The notes beneath the pieces are model-generated. The model did not search any database. It was not told the DNA's origin and saw only the letters and a list, made by a program, of their open reading frames with translations. DNA of 63,275 nt, the filler included, from Octopus bimaculoides (lineage: Eukaryota): the NCBI RefSeq assembly GCF_001194135.2. It is 4 parts of 4 records of this genome, joined end to end, with 100 filler letters (N's around TTAATTAATTAA, not from the genome) between each part and the next. Parts side by side here need not be neighbours in the genome. Positions count along the whole stretch, not along the records: positions 36,064 to 56,572 come from NC_068987.1; positions 56,673 to 63,275 come from NC_068983.1; 2 more parts are not named here. The stretch is one strand, 5' to 3'. Position numbers and translations under genes: made by a program. Below, piece by piece: positions 53,825 to 63,275 of the stretch. Position 1 is the first letter of the stretch; each line of letters opens with the position of its first letter.

Positions 53825-54840
53825 GTTTCTATAACGCGTGTCTGCATACATAGCTATATATGTATATATGCACATGCGTGTGTGTGCGTGCGTTTCTATG
53901 TCTGCGTGTGTTATCTTGTACGATATAACACACTAACATATTCACATTTTAATATATTAATAGAATAACGTAAACATTTTCCTCATTTTAGATACAGATG
54001 TTAATCAGACATTTATCGCAGTATTTTTAATCATATTTACAGCTAGCAGAGATGAAGATAGTGTTGGCCAGAAACACACGCTTCGTAACAAATGTTCTAT
54101 GGTGACGAATATCGCAGCAAATTGCGAGTCAACGGTGTATTTATGTCATATATGATACATAGAAGACTATTGTAATGTAATGCTGCTTCTAAGCATATAG
54201 TGCATTTTCATTCAACCGAGCGACTACTCGCAATATTAGTACATGCTTTCCACTATTTTGCCTATATATAAGATGCGACATATCTCGTCTAAGTTTCTGG
54301 TTGTAAATACACGCCATCGACGAGGCCTAAGGAGACCAAATTGCGTCTGACATTCTCGCTAGCTACTGCTAAGACGATCTTCGTTTCGTATTCCTCTTCA
54401 CTTTCTATCTATCCAGTTCACTCAGCTATAGAAATGAGCTGCGACTTCACTGATGCCAAGCTGTATCAGTCTTTGCCTTTCGGTTGGATAACATTGGTGG
54501 TCAAGGGGAGGGGAAGGTGGTATGCATGGACGACTGCTGGTCTTCCATAAAAAACCTCGCCCGGACTTGTGGCTCGGAGCTCGGAGGGGAACATATACCA
54601 GCAATAAATATAACGATCCGCCCACTCACACACACGCACACAAGCACGTAAGCAATATATATATATATATATATATANNNNNNNNNNNNNNNNNNNNNNN
54701 NNNNNNNNNNNNNNNNNNNNNNNNNNNNNNNNNNNNNNNNNNTATTAATTTATTTATAATTGTTGTTTCTTCTGTCCGCCATTGTATCTTTTATCTGTCC
54801 GAAAATTTTATATCCTCTATTGCGTTTTTGTTCCATTTTG

Positions 54841-54879
<39 letters not shown>

Positions 54880-56572
54880 TGTATGTACACACTTGTTCTC
54901 ACCTTATAGTAAGTATCTAAACTTTGTACGGCTCTTTTACTCTATCTTTTAGTCCCCATCATACCTACCTCCTGTTTTCTTTTTTTTCTCTCCCCTCTCT
55001 CTCACATTTCCTGGCCTGACTGCCGACCGCCAACACCACTTATGTTCATCCCCTATTTCCTGCCTTTAGGCATTCACTTCATACACGCCAGCTCAATTTT
55101 ATTCGTTCTCAGTCGAAAGATACCTCTTGTTATATTTTTATTGTTTGTATTTGTATACCATGTTCTCCGTTTTTTGTCTTTGTTGCAGTATGCATTCGCT
55201 AGCTTTCTTACAACACCCTAATGCTCTTAGTTTAGACTTTGGGTCGGAAGCATCCAGATTGAACTGCCTCAAGTATAACTGCCCGAAACGGTAAGGATAT
55301 CTGGCATCTTGACTGCAGAAAGAAGGCTACAAATGACCCGTCCTATTTTTCCTTGTCCTTCTAATAGTTGTTTCTTCTCTCCGCCTTTTTATCTTCTATG
55401 TGTCCGAATATTTTATTGTAAACATCACAGTTTACTTTTAAAATGAAAACAAAACAGGAACATTTTTGGACATGTCATGTAGATGCACTACCTTACGCGT
55501 ATTTCATTAATAATAAAACTAATATATTTATGTTAGAAAAATCCTAATAAGATTCCATTATCACATTTTCAGAGAATGCCAACATATGTAAATAGACTTT
55601 AAGATTCTTAATAGACATTAGAGAGTTGTGGATTTGAAAACACTGTCCATTGTTGATTCTTCATCTTGAAAATCATTACGTGTGTTATGCCTTCTCTAAA
55701 GATTTGATTTTATTAGCTTTTTCCTTTATATTAAGAGTTTAATTATTAATGAAATGCATTTAAGACAGCACGGCTAAATCTTTTGTATACAAATTGTCCT
55801 GTTTTGTTATATATATTTAAAGCTATGTACATATTTGTGTGAATGTATGTACGTGCATGAAAGTTAATTCCATAAAAAAGATGCCAGAAATATGAGTTAA
55901 AGAATTGTTAATGAAAGTATCAAGCGTAAAATGAAAATGTATTTCTACAGCTGCGAAGGACTGAACTCATCTATTGATTATTTATAGACTGGAAGCAGAC
56001 AAATAATCGCAAAGTAATAATTTATTTCTAAAGCCGTTTGCTAAATTTGTTTAAAATGAAATTTATTATATAGGATTTTGGAAACGAATGGCACTCTGAA
56101 ACTTAAGAATTGAGTTTTTATTCGCTGTTGAAGATATATGATATGGTTGTATCCTTGATAGGAATCATAGATGATTACGGAAAATATAGCGAAATGTATA
56201 CGCTAATATTATAAACACGAATCATGTCATATTCAAAGGCAATAAATCTACTTCAATTACCACCTATGAGATGACACTTTAAATTGTCGGAACCCATATT
56301 AAATCCTATGATTATTCAATTTGTCTGAAGCTTTCAAATTCAAAGATCGAAATTGTGCAGATATTTAAGTTCAAAGATTTACAATGCTGCGTATTAGGAG
56401 CGAAAAACACGGTCTTTAACTCTCTTCCTTTTTCCATCTCTTTCTCTCATCTGTCATTGTATCTCTTTCCTTCACTTATGCATTTCGAAAATCTGTTAGT
56501 AACACATTTTATTTCAATTTCAGAAACATTCTACATTACAGAAATACATACACACATACGTACACACACACA

Positions 56573-56672
56573 NNNNNNNNNNNNNNNNNNNNNNNNNNNN
56601 NNNNNNNNNNNNNNNNTTAATTAATTAANNNNNNNNNNNNNNNNNNNNNNNNNNNNNNNNNNNNNNNNNNNN
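56573..56672. other. Synthetic scaffold linker N44-TTAATTAATTAA-N44
   Basis: Identical to the other two linkers. Confidence 0.95.
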
Positions 56673-56707
<35 letters not shown>

Positions 56708-57049
56708 CCCAAAATAAGCACAGAGACAGGTATTGTGAGTGGGGGGGGGAACAGTTTATGACATGGTCTACATCATCTGATTGACAGTGATATCAACCAG
56801 ATACATAAACATACTGGCATCCATCCACATGCACAGGAATGTACACACACATGTAAATACATATGTCTTTATATAGTGATGGTGACAGGGCTTTATATCT
56901 CGATGCTGGTAGTGGTGGTGGCATCATTGCTACCCGTCTTGTATTTTCTACAAAGGATCTCTCCCTGTTTTGTTTTTAACATAGTTTCATGTACCTGTCA
57001 TAACATTGGCTGATATAGGTGAAACAGTATGATTCTTATTTATCCTTTA

Positions 57050-57410
57050 TTTTTTTATACTTGTTTTAGTTATTGGACTGCGGCTATACTGCTTTGAAGG
57101 GTTTGGTCAAACAAATTCACCCTAGTCCTTTCTTTTAAACCTGATAGGTATTCTGTCACTTTTTTTTTTTTTCTTTTTACCAAACTGCTAAGTTATGGAG
57201 ATGCAAACAAACCAACACCTGTTGTCAAGCAATAGTCGGAGAAAACAACAGGCTTCTTTCGGTTTCTGTCAACCAAATCCACTCACAAGTTTTAGGTTGA
57301 CACAGTACTGTAATAGAAGAGACTTGCCCAAGATACTGCACAGTAGAACTGAACCCTAGACCACATGGTTGGGAAGCAAACTTCTTAACCACACAGCTGT
57401 GCCTATGCCT
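57050..57410 (-). mobile_element. SINE family A, degenerate
   Basis: ggactgcggctatactg...accaaatccactcacaag...ccacacagctgtg. Confidence 0.75.
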
Positions 57411-57649
57411 CTCTCTCTTTCTCCCTATATACATAGATATATATTTATATATATATATATATATATNNNNNNNNNNNNNNNNNNNNNNNNNNNNNNNNNN
57501 NNNNNNNNNNNNNNNNNNNNNNNNNNNNNNNNNNNNNNNNNNNNNNNNNNNNNNNNNNNNNNNNNNNNNNNNNNNNNNNNNNNNNNNNNNNNNNNNNNNN
57601 NNNNNNNNNNNNNNNNNNNNNNNNNNNATATACACATACATCATAGATT

Positions 57650-57871
57650 TTTATTCTTTTGCTTGTTTCAATCATTTGACTGTGGCCATGCTGGAGCACC
57701 ACCTTAAAGGGTTTTAGTTGAAGGAATTGACTCCAGGACTTATTCTTTATAGTACTTATTGTATTGGTCTCTTTTGCCGAACTGCTAAGTTATGTGGACA
57801 TAAACACACTACTATCAGTTGCCATCTGATGGTGTGTGTGTGGGGGGGGGCAAACATGGACACATAAACAA

Positions 57872-57903
<32 letters not shown>

Positions 57904-57915
57904 GACAGTCTTTCA
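57650..57915 (-). mobile_element. SINE family A 3' half
   Basis: catttgactgtggccatgctggagcacc...gtctcttttgccgaactgctaagtt. Confidence 0.8.
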
Positions 57916-58149
57916 TACACACACACACACACACACATTGTTGTATCTCGAGGGGGTTTCACCTCTTTTTTTTATATGACAGTTGACTAATTATTTAACC
58001 AATTGCCTAATCGACTTTGATTAATTATTTGGTTAATCAATCATTCAACTAAAACTATGTGGTAAGTCCTTGCATCTCATTTACAATCTCATCAATGACA
58101 TGCCTTCTCTACTCCAAGTCTGTTTCAGGTCAACTTGACTTTGACATAA

Positions 58150-58310
58150 GCATGGCTGTATGGTAAGAAGTTTGCTTCCCAGCCATATGGTCACATGGTT
58201 CCGGGTTCAGTCCCACTGTGTGGTACCTTGCATCTTCTACTTTAGCCTCAACCTGACCAAAACCTTGTGAGTGGATTTGGTAGATGGAAATTGAAAGAAG
58301 CGTATCATGT
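58150..58310 (+). mobile_element. SINE family A 5' half
   Basis: ggctgtatggtaagaag...ccgggttcagtcccactg...gtgagtggatttggtagatggaaa. Confidence 0.8.
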
Positions 58311-58368
58311 GTGTGTTATATATATATATATATATAATTTGAAGAAAAGCAACAAAAATTCAATAGGT

Positions 58369-58463
58369 TATAGCCGTACGTACGTTTCGTACAAACTTCA
58401 TTTATTTATGTAGTGAGAACACCACATAAGATGTGCAATGAAAATGTACTCCTCAGCTGCATA
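58369..58463 (-). ncRNA. Type I hammerhead ribozyme motif (Penelope-type, palindromic stem III)
   Basis: Minus strand: uaugcag-CUGAGGA-guaca...uguac-GAAA-CGUACG-UA|cggcuaua. The core is intact, stem II pairs, and stem I has one mismatch and one bulge. Confidence 0.65.
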
Positions 58464-58864
58464 ATGGAATTTCATTTTAGAAAGTCATTTTGTAGATGTG
58501 TGCAAAAACAAGAGTAGGAGAAGAAGGAAATACCATCTTGACTGGGCTGTTAATCAACAGTCTAGTGAATCAAACATGAATTTAATTTCTGTATATTCTA
58601 ATTGGAGGGGTAAGATAGCAGTAATTTCAATTTAGAGGAAGGTAGATAAAGTAGTAATGGACAGCAGGTTAGGGGTAAATCAAGCAAGAGAAAAAAAATA
58701 ATAATAAGAGATAAGAAAAAAGGAAAAAAATATATATATATAGAAATAAAAATGAAAATGGAAGGACATTTTATATATATATATAATCTAGCTATCTTTC
58801 TCTATCTGTCTCTTTGTCTATATGTCTGTCTCTATCTATCTATCTATATCTCTCTGTCTATCTA

Positions 58865-59786
58865 TGAGGTGGTATCAAAAGGTTCCCAGACTATTTAAGT
58901 TTAATAAAAAATAACTTATTTACCTATTACCTAAGTTTTAACAGCATCACCCTTGAAATAGTCGCCTTGTGCAGCAGTTCACCCGTCCCAGCATTCCTGC
59001 CACTTTTGGAATCCACCATGAAAATGATTTTCTGTAAGCGAATCGAAGACCTTCAGCAATTTGCTCTGGATCTCAACAATGGTGTTAAAATGGCAACCTT
59101 TGAGCTATGTTTTCATCTTGGGCAAGAGATGGATGTCAACAGGTGCTAAATCTGGTGAATAGGGGAGGGTGCAGAAGTGATAACATGTTATGTTTTTGGC
59201 AAGAAACTCACAAATGAAGAGAGCTCATTGACTGGAACCATTGTCGTTGTGAAGAATCCAATTCTTTGCATTCTACAGATCCCCAGTTGCTTTCACCAAA
59301 TGTTCTCCCTCGAACACTGCAAAATGTCACAGGGGAACTCTCAATTGATGGTCTGGCTCTGGGGGATGAATTCTCAATTCACAATACCACATTTCTGGGG
59401 GTGAGACTCATGGCAGGTCTTCCCGATCACTCATTGTCTTCCAAGGACAATCTTCCACTTTTTGAAGTACCCATGTCACTTGAAACATTGTATGTGATCC
59501 ATTGCCTTGATCCCATAAGTATGCTCAATGTCTCTGTAGCAGACTTCCCAAGTTTACCACAAAATTTCACATAACTCTTTGTTCCTGTCCATGACAAAAT
59601 CACAGACTACAGCATACATATGATCACAAAAACGCAAGTTTCACAACTTGCAAAGTGAACACAGCGATGTCACTCAGCACACTGCCTCATGACAGTCACT
59701 GCTAGCTCTCATTGCACACGCAACCATGTGCTGCCATTTGTTGCTGCGCAACAAAAGTAGTCCAGGAACTTTTTGGTATCACCTCA
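58865..59786 (-). mobile_element. Internally deleted mariner with both TIRs, 922 bp
   Basis: TIRs tgaggtggtatcaaaaggttcccagacta / tagtccaggaactttttggtatcacctca with TA TSDs. KFCGKLGKSATET, SGRP and PYSPDLAPVD..FQKWQECW..AQGDYF remnants. Confidence 0.92.
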
Positions 59787-59842
59787 TATATATATATATC
59801 TATATATAAATGTGATGTGTGTGTATTTCATATATATATATA

Positions 59843-60005
59843 TCATCATCATCATCATCATCATCGTTTAACGTCCGCTTTCCATGCTAGCATGGGTTGG
59901 ACAATTTGACTGAGGACTGGTGGAACCCGAAGGCTACACCAGGCTCCAATCTGATTTGGCAGAGTTTCTACAGCTGGATGCCCTTCCTAACGCCAACCAC
60001 TCTGA
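59843..60005 (-). mobile_element. SINE family B 3' tail
   Basis: (atc)n gtttaacgtccgctttccatgctagcatgggttgg...cttcctaacgccaaccac. Confidence 0.88.
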
Positions 60006-60644
60006 GAGTATATATATATATATATATTTTTATATATATATATATATATATATGCATATATATATGCATATATATATGTATGTATGCATGTATGTATGTA
60101 TGTAAGTGTGTGTAGAAATGATTGATTTTAAATTACTATTTTCCTCAAGTAGTCATGTTATATATTGGTAAAAAGGTCCCTTATATTTTTTTCTCCTTTT
60201 CTGAGGTGAGTTGGAGTGGTGGTAGAGCATCACTTTGCTAGGTCTAACATCATTTCCTGGTCCATGGGTGCTTTTAAGTGATATGTATGTGTATATATGC
60301 ATGTGAAATGTATATGTGTATGTCTGTGTATATGCATACACACACACACATATATTTATATATGCATAGCTATGTGTGTATACATCTATGAGTGCCTTTA
60401 TACACTACAGCGCTGTGTTATTTCCTACTCCCAGTTTCACTGACTCAAATTGCAAATCCTATTAATCACAAGTGATTAATATTTCTGAATTAAAGGATAC
60501 TTCAGGCACAATGCCATTTATGACTATGCATAAACTGCCATTTTGCAATGATAAAATATACCATCATGTGCATATTGTTAATAATACTTAGTAAATTAAT
60601 GCTACTCAGTTGAGCTAACCATTTAAACAAAATCTGGTCGTTAC

Positions 60645-60732
60645 CTCCCCCACATTGTCATATTGTGCTCATAACAAAAAACTTTATGATTCAGTGTTGG
60701 TGGTTTATGTATAGTCACACATAGCATTACAT
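60645..60732 (-). CDS. Candidate 88-nt internal exon (D)VMLCVTIHKPPTLNHKVFCYEHNMTMWG, phase 1 to 2
   Basis: ctttcag| acceptor and GAG|gtaacg donor. Only one frame is open, and it lies in a CpG-depleted block. No family is recognised. Confidence 0.3.
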
Positions 60733-61067
60733 CTGAAAGATCTTTGAATTCAAAAATATTAATCACTAGGATTAATAAGATTTGTAATTCGTCCGTTGAA
60801 TCTAACAGTAGTGAATAACATATATCCATTTTATACTGTATAAATAAACATCCTCATTCTATGGAATTACCAAGTTCTCTCTGTTTCAGTCTGTTATCAT
60901 TTGCTGACAATAAAGGCTTTATCATCATTACCGTTATCTTTTAATGTCCACTTTTCCATACTTGTATGATTTAGGCACACTGTCAACAACATAATTCTTT
61001 AACAATAATATATATATGTGATGTGTGTGAAAGCATGTGGTTTAGTGATTAGGGTATTAAGCTCATG

Positions 61068-61396
61068 GTGGAGGCGCAATGGCCCAGTGATTAGGGCAGA
61101 GGACTCGCGGTCATAGGATCGAGGTTTCGATTCCCAGACCAGGCGTTGTGAGTGTTTATTGAGCGAAAACACCTAAAGCTCCACGAGGCTCTGGCAGGGG
61201 ATGGTGGCGAACCCTGCTGTACTCTTTCACCACAACTTTCTCTCACTCTTACTTCCTGTTTCTGTTGTGCCTGTAATTCAAAGGGTCATCCTTGTCACAC
61301 TGTGTCACGCTGAATATCCCCGAGAACTACGTTAAGGGTACACGTGTCTATGGAGTGCTCAACCACTTGTACGTCAACTTCACAAGCAGGCTGTTC
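61068..61396 (+). mobile_element. Young OR-type tRNA-derived SINE, cut by a gap
   Basis: Highly similar to the reverse complement of 13740-14192. A box tggcccagtga, B box gtttcgattcc. Confidence 0.92.
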
Positions 61397-61658
61397 NNNN
61401 NNNNNNNNNNNNNNNNNNNNNNNNNNNNNNNNNNNNNNNNNNNNNNNNNNNNNNNNNNNNNNNNNNNNNNNNNNNNNNNNNNNNNNNNNNNNNNNNNNNN
61501 NNNNNNNNNNNNNNNNNNNNNNNNNNNNNNNNNNNNNNNNNNNNNNNNNNNNNNNNNNNNNNNNNNNNNNNNNNNNNNNNNNNNNNNNNNNNNNNNNNNN
61601 NNNNNNNNNNNNNNNNNNNNNNNNNNNNNNNNNNNNNNNNNNNNNNNNNNNNNNNNNN

Positions 61659-61703
<45 letters not shown>

Positions 61704-62109
61704 CATGAATGTATTGCCATGACTATAACCTCAACCCTGCCACAAGTGTACATGTAGTTCTTTAAGTATCTAAAGACTATTGTTAACCTGGTGTCCTAAC
61801 AGAGAGCTTATGATGTATTTTACCCAAATTGATAATCCCTCACAAATAACTAGGTTTAGATGTGAATGTATGTATATAACGTTGTGTATTTATATCATTG
61901 TGTAGGCAGGTGTGTATATGTATTAGCGCATATATGTAAATGTCTATATGTGCACACATGTGTGTATATAAACTTATACCCATATGCATGCATCCCTTTC
62001 TGCCCTTCCTCTGCTAGTTGCACCTTAAACACAACCAATATTCTCATCTAATAAAGCACTGCCAATTCTTAAAAAATTTAAACTTCTAATGGCCTTCGAA
62101 ACAGAAGAT

Positions 62110-62800
62110 AACTAACCTGTAACACTTTACTTATTGCATCTTTGCACATAGCTCGTTGAACCCTTGCAAACCATTTGCTGACACCTAATTGCCTCAGTGA
62201 CCGACAAGTTACTGAGCATGGTACCCTGTCAAATACATTCTCCAAATCAATGAAAGCCAGGAATAGTGGTTTATTCTTAGTCAAGTATTTCTACTGCAAT
62301 TGCCTCATGAGAAAGATTGCATCTGTGATGCCTGTTCCAGGCAGAAAGCCAAACTGCATTTAGGTCTACTCCATCACATGTCAGTTTTGTTATGACTCTC
62401 TTTCTCTTTCTGGCTGTCATAACCTGATCCAATAGTTTGATTCCTCTGTAGCTGCTTCTCTCTAAGGCAATTCCTTTGCCTTTCTAACCGTTTACAATGA
62501 TACTGTTATGCCAGTCATAGTGTGTGACATCTTCCTGCATAACTTTATTAACTATCAGGATGGTGATCAAGCTTTCCTACCTCACCAGATATTTTTAGAA
62601 TCTTTGCAACTATCCCTGACATGCCTGCAGCTTTCTCTCTCTTCATACCCTTAATAACTTAATTGTCAACGTTCATGTTGACTTAAATGATTTCACCCTT
62701 TTTAGAATTACCCTCCCTTCATGCTATGCATTTTCCACATTCAGTAGCTCCTCATTTTAGCACTTTCACATCGCTTCTCTTCTACAAAAATGGCAAGTGT
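62110..62800 (-). mobile_element. RTE-clade LINE RT fragment
   Basis: GIKLLDQVM...TDAIFLMRQLQ*KYLTKNKPLFLAFIDLENVFDRVP RT motifs. Confidence 0.85.
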
Positions 62801-63275
62801 TCCTTCCTCATTCATTGATACACACACACACACACCACAAAAATGTATGTACACTTTGTTACAGTACTGTAGCACACATATTCAAAAGCAAAACAAATTC
62901 ACACACACGTACACACCCTGAGATACAATAAACATGTCTTACCCTAAAAGCTGAGTATACATGCATTCAGCTAAACATACACACACACTTACATACATAC
63001 TCACAGTCAACATTTACATGCACTTACACATACGTGCTCATGTGTGCACACACACACACACACAGATGACTACACAAACAACACCAGAGATATACAAACA
63101 TGCATGAAAAACCAACCAGCACATGCACACAGATGCACAAATACACATACACATTATAAACACATACATACACACACTATGTACTGATGCACAATTTAAC
63201 ATTCATAATTCAATAAACACACACACCCTATTGTACTGCAACACTGTACATACACATACATACACACATACATAC

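Noticed and set aside
54310-55330. Further hammerhead-like relics (cgacga..caaa at ~54318; cccGAAACGGTA at ~55279)
   Set aside because: One core box is missing or mutated in each. At most these are old Penelope LTR debris.
60186-60211. Recursive splice site ttttctgag|gtgagt
   Set aside because: The acceptor would be GAG, which is rarely used, and the nearest exon candidate is on the opposite strand.
4696-61757. All ORFs over 150 aa in the track that contain X runs (for example 21250-22503 and 29358-30464)
   Set aside because: They are open only because N gaps and dinucleotide repeats lack stop codons.
1-63275. CRISPR arrays, rRNA genes and prokaryotic operons
   Set aside because: No regularly spaced repeat-spacer units or rRNA-like sequence. 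The DNA is eukaryotic.

Overview
Repeat-rich, AT-rich animal genomic DNA from a draft assembly, most likely an octopus (coleoid cephalopod), judged from SINE families I recall as octopus-specific and the extreme microsatellite density; this is not database-verified. About 10% of the window is N, in gaps that are mostly bounded by microsatellites. No host protein-coding gene can be named. Nearly all long ORFs in the track are N-run or microsatellite artefacts. Recognisable coding remnants all belong to dead transposons: five mariner-type DNA transposons, RTE LINE fragments (endonuclease and RT), an R4/Dong-like RT fragment and a Penelope-type GIY-YIG endonuclease. There are also hAT, piggyBac-like and MULE-like MITEs and many tRNA-derived SINEs. 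The most interesting signals: (1) a nearly intact type I hammerhead ribozyme motif with a palindromic stem III at 58369-58463 (-), plus two degenerate relatives; (2) three synthetic N44-TTAATTAATTAA-N44 linkers, two of which coincide with abrupt CpG-depletion boundaries, so the window is probably four joined blocks; (3) a CpG island at about 5.7-6.4 kb with a 13/14 RFX X-box upstream of a candidate first coding exon; (4) several weak candidate exons, a possible recursive-splice site and a closely spaced inverted SINE pair. All coordinates were read by eye.
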